From contig NC_083283.1 in the NCBI RefSeq assembly GCF_963506605.1, positions 82,026,001-82,090,000 on the forward strand: a stretch of DNA of 64,000 nucleotides, in the 5' to 3' direction. Positions 20,299 through 58,800 of this stretch are shown here, one piece after another. A program made the position numbers and the translations under genes. Source of the stretch: Zootoca vivipara (Eukaryota). Numbering within the stretch: the stretch's first letter is position 1; each line of letters begins with the position of its first letter. The notes under the pieces are model-generated. The model did not search any database. It was not told the DNA's origin and was given only the letters and a program-made list of their open reading frames with translations.

Positions 20299-21628
20299 CA
20301 GGGTGGATAAAATGATTTTTTTGGGGGGGGGATCAGATTTTTTTAAAAAAATTAAATCGTATTCTTTTATTTAAATCCGTTTTTTTAAAAAATAAAATGC
20401 TTCTGGAGAAAAATCTTTCTAAAGATAGTTTTCTATTTAAGTTACATTATAGTCCAAAGGCTATTCATCAAGAAATAAGGATTTGTTTTTAATTCTGTAG
20501 CATGAGGCTTTATATGCAATGTTTAAATTTTTTGGTAAATGAATTCCATTAATCCATTCACAATGTCATGTGCTTGCAGAGGTTTCTGTCAGATTATTTG
20601 GGGCAGTTTTTCTAACAAGATATTATCACAGATGCTTGTTTTTGCAGTTCTCAAAAGTGTGAGTTTGTGTCTGCACAGATAAATGCCTTTTCTTCACAGG
20701 AAAAAATGTTATAAAAATATGTTATATACAGAGTTGAGGAAAAACACCTTAATCCATTGTTCCTTTGCAAATTTATATACACAGAATCAACCCCTTACCT
20801 CGCAAATGCTAAGTTCCAAGAGGTTCAATGAATAGGTTGTTGGGAGTGGAATAGATCTGCACAAGTAGCTAAGTGTAAAGCAGTAAAAATGAAAGTGCAG
20901 CCTTGTGATCAGAATACTCCACGAGTCTTGGGATCTTTGTGTAATGATTGTGCAAGTCAGTTGCGTGTCTGTGCAACTCAGACTTGAGGCAAGTGCTGAA
21001 GGTACTTCAGAGCTGGCAACCTCTTCCCAATCCCACTGGGTTCCAAAACTGCGTTAACACTTAACTGTACAGAATAGGCACCTGAATGTTGAAGCAAATC
21101 CAAAGGGGGTGGGGTGGGGGGTGGAAATAGTAACTGGGATCTACAAGTCCTTGGCGAGACCTTTAAGTGCTTGCCAGTCAACTAATAAGAGTTCACTGGT
21201 TCCAGGCTCTTCTTCCCGGGGCTTGCCTGACATTGTCCAAACAATAAAGTCTCTACCTCGAACTTCAGTCCTGCAGCATGAATCCCTCAAGTTATTTGCT
21301 CTAGTCCTTTCTTCCCCTTTTCCAGCTTTCTACCAGCCTGTTTCTCCTCAGCCTGTTCTTTCTGCAAGCCTGTTCCAGCCTAGGCATACCATCCGTATCT
21401 CCCTCCCCCCTTGAAAAAATACAGCAGAAAAATTGTCCAAATAGTTAATTTATTAAACCTTCATAATTCACCAAATCAGTATTTTTTGATATAACTGTAA
21501 AAACTACTCTGATTTTTTTATTCCAAGTATGAAACCTTATACCAGCAAAAATTAGTCTTTCTGTGATTTAAATCAAGCCTTTCTGACTAGTGAGTTAAAT
21601 CGCTTTGATTTAAATCAAATCCGCCCAG
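20299..21628. mobile_element. Degenerate hAT-like DNA transposon remnant
   Basis: Ends CAGGGTGGAT... and ...gatttaaatcaaatccgcccag with repeated GATTT/AAATC subterminal motifs; no clean TSD. Confidence 0.55.
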
Positions 21629-21679
21629 GCTTAGTGTAGCTGTGACTGGGGAGCCACACGTCAACTCAAACACAAAAAA

Positions 21680-22024
21680 AACACCCTTTTTCCATTTTTT
21701 GTACATATCCCTTTTAAATCTTAACTCAGTTAAAAATTCTTTGGATTGCCATCCTAGCTTCTTTAGGCACCTTCCATGTTTCCATCTCATTGGTATTGCC
21801 TGTAGTTGTGCTTTTAATATCTCCCTTTTAACAAACTCCCAACCATCATGAACTCCCTTCCCTTTTAGTATTTCTGTCCATGGGATTTCACCCTAAGTTT
21901 CCCTAAGTTTTCTGAAGTCGGCTTTCTTAAAGTCTAAAACAGGCATCCCCAAACTTCGGCCCTCCAGATGTTTTGGACTACAATTCCCATCTTCCTTGAC
22001 CACTGGTCCTGTTAGCTAGGGATC
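21680..22024 (-). mobile_element. CR1 LINE fragment ending in a truncated 136-bp-family MITE (21940-22024)
   Basis: Minus-strand ORF2-like LRFKRDMYKKWKKG; MITE left half only. Confidence 0.7.
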
Positions 22025-22239
22025 TCTCCTCAATGGGGAGAGATCAGTATCTTTGGAACTTGGATCGTATTGCAAAAAAAGTGATTTATTTTCCTGAGGG
22101 GACAGGGTGAGACTGAGGAATAATGTGGGATTTCAGCAGTGAGGGAAGAGAATGTGGGTGCCAGGTGTATGGTACCTTACTGCATGCTTGTGAAACAAGC
22201 TTATTATAAACAAGCTACTTATAAACACCATCTCCAACT

Positions 22240-22805
22240 CCTTGATAGATTCCATCAACGGTGTCTCGGAAAAATTTAACATATCACTTGGGTTCAGAGG
22301 CAAACTGATGGTAATGTACTGGAAGAAGCAAAGATCACCAGTGTCGAAGCAATGATTCTTACATCAACTTTGTTGGTCTGGTCATGTTCGGATGCCTGAT
22401 TACCATCTTCCAAAGCAACTACTCTATTCCCAACTTTAGAATGGAAAGCGAAATACTGGTGGACAACAAAAGAGGTTTAAGACTCTCTCAAGGCCAGTCT
22501 AAAAAAATGTAGTATAAACACTGACAATTGGGAAACACTGGACTACGAGAGCTCCAACTGGAGAACAGCCTTTACCAAAGGCTTTGAAGATGCTCGAATT
22601 CAGGATGAAAGGGAGAATCGTGCTAAGAGGGAGGCACACTTGGCAAATCCACACCATGATCAACTCCCGCCCAGAAACCAATGTCCCCACTGTGGAAGGA
22701 CGTGTGGATCCAGAATTGGCCTCACAGTCACTTACGAACTCACTGTTAAAACTGTGTTCATGGAAGACAATCTTACTTGGCTACGAGTGATCGCCAAAGA
22801 AGAAG
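22240..22805 (+). mobile_element. RTE-clade LINE 3' fragment (decayed)
   Basis: Degenerate RT C-terminus, CPHCGRTCGSRIGL zinc knuckle, (AAG)n tail. Confidence 0.75.
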
Positions 22806-23759
22806 TAGTATCCCTAGATGGACAGCCAGGATGCCCATTAAGAAACAGAAGAGTAGACCAGAGGGGTGGGATGCAATTTTCCCAGAGGCCACACCTTTCC
22901 AGGCTTCACCACCATTCAGGCACCAGCTCAGCCAGAAATAATATGCCTGATCTGATTCTAGTCATAATTTTTTCTAGATGCAATATTTACTTGTGTGTAC
23001 ACGCATATTCCCACACCCCTCATGACGCTTGCCAAGTTGCTGCCTGTGTGAGCACTGGACTGTATTTGTATTTATGGAGACTGTGTGTTTATTCTGCTGC
23101 AGCCGACTTCCCATTTCCCAAGAACCAGAGTTGTTATGGAGGAGATGGAGAGATGTCTGCTAAGGAGGACCATGGAGCCTTATGCACAAAACCTATTTTT
23201 GTACCAGCTAACCCTAATTCAGGAATATTTTTCTCTGCCATTTCCCCCTTCGCAGCCTCCCAACTCCTATTTTTTTGGAGGTTTTGTGTTTCCATACAAA
23301 GGCTACAACTTCTGGTGCACTTGACAGCAAGCATATTGCACTTGGTAAGGCTTACAAATGACAGCCACTTTAAGCTATTATCTATAGCGTACCATCATAT
23401 TTGTGCTAAATTCTGCACCTGGTGTGCACATAAAGATCTCATTTTCATGCTCACAACAGGCCCTTCATTGTAGATAAAGGAGGGGCGGGGAAGAGAGACT
23501 GCCTCACGATGGCATATGACTTCTTGTAAAATGTGTAAGATTTTATGTTTATGTTTTGCTTTGTAGTGTTTTGTCCTAATCTTTTTAGAAGTTTCACTGA
23601 CAATTGACAAAAGGATGCCTTGTGTTGCGAAATTGTGCTGTCACCATTACTGCTCGTCTGGATTGCAATGTCACAAGCAAGTACATGTTGTAAACAATAG
23701 TTCCTTGCATTCCTAGGGGGCAAAGGGACAAACGGGATGCACCCAGTGTTGAACAACAT

Positions 23760-24096
23760 CTTTAATAAACATCTTGCACGAAGGACTAGATGGGATGCTC
23801 ATCAAATCTGAAGGTGACACCAAATTGGGAGGGGTACCCAATACCTCAGAAGAAAGAATGGAGATTCGAGATTGGAAAACTGGGCCAAAACTAAAAATGA
23901 ATAGGGGCAAATGTAGGCAGAATATCCAGCAGAACAAATCTAAGATAGGAGACACCAAGCTTGACAGCAGTATATATGAAAAGGATCTAGGGGTCTTAGT
24001 GGACCACAAGCTTAACGTAAGTCAACAGTGTGATGCAGCAGCAAAAAAAGCTATTGCAATTCTAGGCTGCATTAATAGAAGTCTAGTATCCAGATT
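23760..24096 (+). mobile_element. CR1 LINE RT fragment
   Basis: GDTKLGG, EKDLGVLVDHKLNVSQQCDAAAKKAIAILGCINRS. Confidence 0.85.
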
Positions 24097-24413
24097 AGGG
24101 GAAGGTCGGCAGTTTGAATCCCTGCAACGGGGCGAGCTCCCATTGTTCAGTCCCAGCTCCTGCCAACCTAGTAATTCGAAAGCACGTCAAAGTGCAAATA
24201 GATAATAGGTACCGCTCCGGTGGGAAGGTAAACAGCATTCCCATGCGCTGCTCTGGTTTCGCCAGAAGCGGCTTAGTCATGCTGGCCACATGACCCAGAA
24301 AAACTCTGCGGACAAACGTTGGCTCCCTTGACCTGTAAAGCAAGATGAGTGATGAGTGCCACAACCCCAGAGTCGTTCGCGACTGGACTTAACTGTCAGG
24401 GGTCCTTTACTTT
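24097..24413 (+). mobile_element. 5'-truncated Sauria SINE, 13-bp TSD TAGTATCCAGATT
   Basis: TSD 24084-24096 and 24414-24426. Confidence 0.88.
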
Positions 24414-26022
24414 TAGTATCCAGATTGTTGGTGGCAAGAAAAAAATAGGTATGAAAGGAGAATTCCTGAATGCCAAGATCCAAGTTCCCTTTGGAGCAAG
24501 TTCTCTTTGGTGAGAGAACCCCAGGAGAGACTTAAAATATGCAGCAAAGCATGGAAATGTAAGCAGTTAGACCTCTAACATATGCCCTTGTAAGTTCCTT
24601 CCCCTAGCATAGAAAAACACCACACGTTTGGTAAGTTTAAAATGGTTTACTTACCAAGTCACCAAAGGTCAGGTTCAAGTGAGAACCAGCTGCTCTCGGG
24701 ATTCCAGTCTATCCCAGCTGTACCTGGAGATTCCAAGGACTGAATCTGGGGCGTTTGCTATGCAAAGCATGTGCTCTACACTGAGCCACAGTCCTTTCTC
24801 TGATTTGTAACCAGGTGTCATACTCCACCCACTATGCTCTAGAGACAGTCAAGACACTCCACAGTTAAGTTTTCGCTCACCTGCTTCTTTGGGTTATGTT
24901 AACTTAGTAGGCGCTGAAGTTGACCATCACTGTAGTTTATGCAGCCCTGTTCACAAATGGATGGAAATGTGTGATTAGGTATGTAGCAGTAGCCATGGTG
25001 CTTGTATCTAGGTGCTGATGAACAGACAATGGTCTCTGGCCAGGAGATAGGATGCCTCAGATCTTAACTTACCCATTTTGGGGGGGGAGGGCATTACATT
25101 TTATTTACATTACAGAAAAATACAAAAACACACCCATTAAGTTATCATATAGAGAGAGACATGAGTTATCATATTGAGAAATGGTGAAAATTATTAAGTT
25201 TACTGTTCCAAAATAATACAAACAGCAACCATTTACAGAAAAAACAATTCTGCTTCAACTGAGTTTGATTAAATATCAAACATTGGCCCCAGAAACAGAC
25301 TTTCAGTTAGTGCAGATGACAGGTAACTGGTGTAATAGGCCCTGGAGGGTAGGACTCAAACAAATGGCTTCAAGTTACACAAAAGGAGATTTCCGACTAA
25401 AACTTTATGACATTAAGAGCTGTTCAACATTAGAACAGTCTTCCTCGGGAAGTTGTGGACTCTCCTGGTGACATGCCAATATACTTTCCAAGCCATCACA
25501 GTTAATTCATTTTGTTGTTGTGGAGTAAGGTTCCTTGTGATTAGGAAGTATCCTGGCAAAACTATGAATTACTATGACTTTATTGAACAGTAATCATTCT
25601 TTCAATTTATTATTGTGATTTCAATGTTTGTGTTTTAATGTTATTGTGAGCAGTGGCGGAGCTTCATGTTCCGGCACCAGGGGCAGAGAGCAGGCGGGGG
25701 CATGGCTGGCGCGCGTCCCGGGGGCGTGGTGCCCAGCACGGGGGGGGTGGGAGCCGCAATGGCACCCCACTGGGATCGTGGGGCCCTGCCAGTTATTGTG
25801 AGCCCCCTTTGTTGTTGGAAAAGTGGAATACAATTATTAAATCAAATCAAATAAATCCATCTTTTTCTGTTCCAATACAAAGGTGCTTCAGCCTGTGGAA
25901 CTAGAGTTACACTGCTCATTTCAATATGTAAAACAGCCGTGGAACATAGATGCCTATTACTGTTGCAAGAGCAAAGAAGACTCCTGATCAATTAAATGCT
26001 ACATAAATCAAGAGTAGACATA

Positions 26023-26028
26023 TTTATT
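26023..26028 (-). terminator. SNX5: Candidate SNX5 polyadenylation signal AATAAA (another at 26379-26384)
   Basis: tttatt on plus about 0.5 kb past the stop, in AU-rich 3' UTR-like sequence. Confidence 0.5.
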
Positions 26029-26542
26029 TTGTATTCTTCAAGAGTACATACACAGTGAATCAAAAAATATTGCAGTAGAAGTTTATGAAATTTAATGTTA
26101 ATGCATTTCCTTATAAAACTGCAAAGCATTAGCTGTAGTCATCTGCACATGGAAATTGAGATATTTGGGTTATGGTATATATGCAATAGGCACCATGACA
26201 GATTGTAATTTCAAATCTTCCACTGCACAAGCTCATTTCCAGTTCTAAGGCATTTTTCCAGAAACCAGTTTCTTCCACAATAGTAATTTACCAGTTATCA
26301 AACTCATACACATATTGTTTGCTTTCCCTGAGGATTAACTCGTCAGTGGAAATTCAAGCAAATCTATGTGTAATACAATTTATTTTTTTATCATTGAGAT
26401 CAATGCATTAGTATCAGCTTGGTTAAGTTTTTAGCCAGAAAAAGGTGATGTAGAGAAACCAAGCTAGAAACAGTCCCATGCGGCTGTTTGAGTGCAATTT
26501 CCAAGTGCCTTCCTCACTCCATCCCCCGCAGGTAAGTTGCCT

Positions 26543-53422
<26,880 letters not shown>

Positions 53423-53780
53423 GACAGCGCCTCGCCCCGACGGCCCTCACTGCGCAGCCGTGGATTCCCCCTCGCGCCGCCTTTTCTGCCGCTCGAGAGG
53501 CGGTGGCCCCGCCCCCCACGCTCGCCCGCCTAGACCTAAGAAAAGGGTAATGAGTCCCGTTTGCAGCTGCCCGTGCATCTTATCCTCACTAAGCCGCCTT
53601 GAGTCCCGTGTCCGGGGATGGAGAGGAATGGTGGGCAGCGCCGGCCCGCCCAGGAGGAGAGCTGAGGCGACCGCCTTCCGATGGCAGGACCTACGGGGCA
53701 GCAGGTCCCGATGTAAGCCTAGACAACACGCAACACATATAGCCTAACGGTTGCATTAACCCTTGGTTAACCCCGCAGGA

Positions 53781-54038
53781 AAGGCGTTTCCGTGCGCTGC
53801 TCTGGTTCGCCAGAAGCGGCTGTTCGAATTCCCGCGAAGGGGTGAGCGCCCGTTGTTCGGTCCCTGCTCCTGCCAACCTAGCAGTTCGAAAGCACGTCTA
53901 AGTGCAAGTAGAGAAATAGGTACCGCTACGGCTCCCTCGGCCAATAAAGCGAGATGAGCGCCGCAACCCCAGAGTCGGTCACGACTGGACCTAATGGTCA
54001 GGGGTCCCTTTACCTTTACCACCACCACCACCACCACC
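53781..54038 (+). mobile_element. Scrambled Sauria SINE, TSD CCCCGCAGGA
   Basis: Segments out of order relative to the 38647 copy; TSD 53771-53780 and 54039-54048. Confidence 0.85.
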
Positions 54039-55368
54039 CCCCGCAGGAGTCACGTGGCAGCGGTGGGTGTGGCCTCCAAACGAGCACACCAGAGCAGACT
54101 CCCTGCAGGTGAGCAGAGGGCTGGGGATGAGCTCTGATTCTCAGCTGACTGACCAGACGGCTTGCGAAGGGGGGCACATTGTATCTGCAGGGGAAGCCGG
54201 TGTGGGGAGGGCCACCCGCATCGCGCAGCGGCTACGTGGCGGGGCATTGGAAGAACTGTCCAGGCATGCCAGTGGAGAGGCCGTTTGGGGGCGCTTTGCC
54301 GAGATCCCTCCCGGCATAAAAAGGACTCCCATTCTCCCAACACAGAAAGCTTTTACAGTACTAAATCGCACTATGCAAAATGGCTTGAAGCACACACACA
54401 AATAAAAAAATGCATACGAAGTAAGGACAGGAACTATGTTTCACTTCTGGATTCCTCCCGTCGGGCGGGTGGGGAGAGGGAAGGGGAAGTGTATTGAAAC
54501 CCGGAATATCCTTCCGCGCGTAGCATTTAGCATGTTCTATCTCTCGCATTCTCTTCTCCTTTTCCTCCCGCCCGTCTTCGCTTCCGGCAGACAAGGCGAA
54601 CGGAAGTGACGTGCGTCGTGAGGTGAGCGGCTGAAGGAGGCCGTCGGGATGTTCAGGTAGCTCTTATTCAGGTGGCTCTTATTCAGGTGGCTCTTAAGGA
54701 GTTGTCTTGCACTCCAGCCGCTTAGACGCATCTTCTTCCCTCAGCCGCTTCCCATTTCGACTGCTCTTAAGGGCTCCGGCTTTATTCAGCTGCGAAAGCG
54801 ACCGGGTGGTGACGGAAAAGCCCCCGGTTCGGATTCCAAAATAGCCGTTTCCCAAACTAGGGTCTCCGGGTTCCCCCCCCCCAAAAAAAGAAAAACACTA
54901 CAGCTCCCATCATTCCTAGCTAGCAGGACTCGTGGTCAGGGATGATGGGACTTGTAGTCCGAAAACAGCTGGAGACCCAGGTTTGGGGGGAAACGGGTTG
55001 TATCTGATACTAATTGCACTTGCTTCTGAGGAAATGTGCCGCAGAGAGAATTGTCAGTGCAACTAAGAAGACATGATAGTAGTTGGAGAGCCCAATACGT
55101 TTTAGGATTAAATTGTGCCCCTCTTGGTGGTAAAATGCAATTGTTTCTGGAATATGTCATACTTTGCTGCACTTCACTGTTACCTCAAAATCTGCTATCT
55201 GAAGCATATTTGATGTATCACCCTGGAAGTCGTAGTGGCAGACCTGATGACAGCACACAGGAAATAATCAAAGCTTTTTATATTTAATAGGAAAATTATG
55301 GGAAAGTAGAAGCATTTCTCAATGAAACATCTTCTGGAGTCAGCCTTCTGTAAATACTGCCTTGCAGT

Positions 55369-55894
55369 ATGATGTCATTTCTCTGCATTAACAGAAAATG
55401 TTGGAGGGTCCCAATGTTGTTGAGAGGAATGTTGAACCAGGAAGGATTCAGGTTTAGATCACTTACTGCTTCGTGCTCTCTTTATGGGAAGAAGAAAACA
55501 ACCATCCGGTATGAAAACATTGACCAAGAAAAATACAGAGATTTGATCAACTACCTCACATCCTACAAAGACAGTTCTCAAAGACCTGAATTGGTATTTG
55601 AAGAAGGTAACATGCTAAATAGACCAGAAAGGAAATATAAGAACTCAGACCAGGCGGATGAACCAAAAGTTTGTAGGAACTGGAGTCCTCTAATGAATCC
55701 CAATAAGAACTCTTTGCCTCAGGAAACTGCTCCAGGACAGCCTTTGCAAATTAGATTGCAAAGGAAAAACTTGGCTAGTGTGACAGCTGTTCTGCAACAG
55801 ACCATGCCTGTGGAGCAAGCTTTTTATCTGGAGAAGTGGAAACAGCGGATGATTCTAGAACTTGGGGTAGAGGGTTTTGCCGAATACACTAAAA
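55369..55894 (+). CDS. MGME1: MGME1 coding exon 1 (targeting peptide plus N-terminal domain)
   Basis: 526 nt, donor A|GTAAGC. Confidence 0.93.
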
Positions 55895-58800
55895 GTAAGC
55901 AATGACTAAATGCATTATGTGTGTGTGGTGTGAACATCCTATGGTGGGTTGATTGAAATCGCCCCAAAAAAGGGGGCGAATTAATCAATGATTTCATGTT
56001 CTGAGTTTAGTAAGAATTAGCAATGTTAGAACTACCCACTGCCTTTCCCCTACCCCTCTGCTGCTGGAGGCCTTGACTGCTTTTACTAATGCACACATCA
56101 GTAAGTTTAATCTGTTAGTCAAATCAGTGTCAGAAATGGAACCTCATTTTGCTCAACACCCACTCTGTATTTTCTTTCTGTGCTTTGCTATCAAAGCTGT
56201 GAGCTCTTTCTACCTGGATGAAGTGCATTTGTTTCAAGACAGCACTTCATACACATCCGCTTTCCTCCCCTTTTCCAACTGTGCAAGTTCATCTGTTTGA
56301 ACCCCCAGCCTAACAGCATAAATATAACACACCCAGAAGGGTTTTTTGTTGTTGTTGCTGCAAGAACTTTACATTAAGGTCACATAAGACAGATGCAGCT
56401 TTAAAACCTTTTCAGCAGCAGATACTGCATCAGATACAAGCTAAACAAGGGATGAAATTTAAGGGTCACAGCATGCTCACAAATTTCGTTCATTCACCAT
56501 CTATAATCAGTCAAGCATGCAGCTGTCGCAATGTGATTGTTCAAAGAAGTTTGCAACTCCAGCTTAAGCTGCAGCTGTGACTCATAGTGGGGAGTGGAGT
56601 TCAGTAGCAAAAGGAGTCCAGTTACTAGGCAGAGTTTCCAGCAATGTCAGCTTCAGGAAAAACAAGTTGTCTTCCCCCATTTTTGTTTTTATTACTTTCA
56701 TACTCTGTATAGTGGACAAACTCACAAGCCATCAAAATATATAGTAGATGACTATGAACAAGATACTGTTCAGTCAAAGCAGTTCATACATTGATCTGCA
56801 AGTCATCAAGTTCTAAGTAATCAGGTTATAAAATAAAGTAATGTTCAATATATGTGTGAAATGGTCAACAGCATTAATCTTGCAAAGCTAAAGTTTGAGT
56901 AATAATTATTTTTTTCTTATTTTGCAGATATATTTCAACAAGGTAAATTCTTCCATGCAGCCATGGAAACTTTACTTTTAGGTGAAGAAATCTCTGTGGA
57001 GCAGGAAGAAGACCCCAATGTATCTGGCTACATAAGAAGTGTACAGCATGTGCTGCAACATGTTACTGGAGTGAGAGTCCTTGAAAGTGCGGTACAGCAT
57101 GAGACCCTTCATTATCAAGGCCTAGTGGATTGTGTGGCAGAATATCGGTGAGAGGCTAACTTTGCATAATACTGTACGTGAACGTTCCAAACAATGTTAA
57201 ATGCTTTAGAGTCTTGTTGACTTAGGCATATGCTTGGCTTTCCCATTGAAGCCAATGGGACAAAAGTGTCTAACTTCAAGTGCCTTGTGCCCTAAATGTT
57301 TAAGACTACAGTATCTAGATTTATGACTGCCCTGTGCTGCAAACTGAGACACAGGAGACCTTATCCCATTCATCCTCTCCCAAACTCTGGGAGTTGTGTC
57401 AAGAGTGAAGCCAAGAAAGAAAGTAGCTTGCCCAAAGTGACTCAATTAGCTCATCCTTTTCCCTAATAATTAATTGGGTGGCTTTGTGCTTACTAAACCA
57501 GCAAAATAGGCCACCCAGAGAAAAATAGTAGGGAGATTCTGCATAGTCATTGCCACCTTGCTTTTGTACCCCTTTGCATATATTTCTTTCATGCATAAAT
57601 GGTTTGTGCTTTTTTAAAATGGTAAAATTTCCAACTAAAAGAAAAGTCAAATATAGAACAAGGTATCCCAACGATACCGGGGCATGTGGAAAAACCTTGG
57701 TTCCCAACCCAAGGTGGCATCACCCCAGCAGAAGTCAGAGGGCTGTATGTTTTTGCTGTGTGTTTCACAATTAAGAGGGGGAGGGGGAAATGCTCACATC
57801 CTTTTGCAGTCTTGCTCACATTTGGAGCTTGACTGCAGAGCCAGCCATAACTTGAGTATCACAACTGTGCTACAGAAGCAGAGGGATACCTTTCTATAAA
57901 CATGTATTTCCATTTTTTGCAAATGTTTGAGATGGCTCACATTGTATTTTGAGAACAAAACATTACCATTTCGACAATAACATTTAGAATTACAAATTAA
58001 AGGACATGCCATAGCTTACAAATAAATAAGACTCATTGGCTCAGTAGAATAACTTCAGCCACCCCCTGCCTTTCCTATAGCAGATATTTTACCCCCCACC
58101 CCACTCTCCCACCCAAACACTGGTTTGCTTAGGTTGTTATGGATTATTGACGGTCAGGTGAAATACCTATTTTACCTAACTGCCTAAAATTTCTCTCATT
58201 CAATATTTATCATGAATTAGAGCTTGCTGATCAGAAGGTCGGTGGTTCGAATCCCCGCAACGGGGTGAGCTCCCGTTGCTCAGTCCCAGCTCCTGCCCAC
58301 CTAGCAGTTCGAAAGCACATCAAACTGCAATTAGATAAATAGGGACCGCTCCGGCGGGAAGGTAAACGGCGTTTCCATGTGCTGCTCTGGTTCACCAGAA
58401 GCAGCTTTGTCATGCTGGCCACATGACCCGGAAGCTGTCTGCGGACAAACGCCAGCTCCCTCGGCCTATAGAGCGAGATGAGCGCCGCAACCCCAGAGTC
58501 GGACACGACTGGACCTGATGGTCAGGGGGCCCTTTACCTTTACCTAAGGAGAAAGGAGGAGCAGGGACAGCAAAGCATGCTTAAACCCATAAGATATTTT
58601 GGAGCTTATAGCAAATATTTATTTCTTTACCTGTCATAGTTCTTTGGGTTTCCTCTTTATGAAGAGGAGGCAGGTAGCAATGCAGGAGCCGCACTCTTGC
58701 ATGGCTCTGCAGTGGTGCCCATCACAGAATGTCTCATTCTTTGAAAGGGACCTTACTCAGTGCAAGGCATTCTGGATGAGGTGGCCTTGGAGATAGTTTA

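Noticed and set aside
22640-23473. 277-aa plus-strand ORF
   Set aside because: Starts in the RTE zinc knuckle and runs into featureless sequence; no recognisable homology or splice support.
24640-24890. Minus-strand donor-like sites as the BANF2 non-coding first exon
   Set aside because: Motifs alone are too common; no promoter evidence to choose among them.
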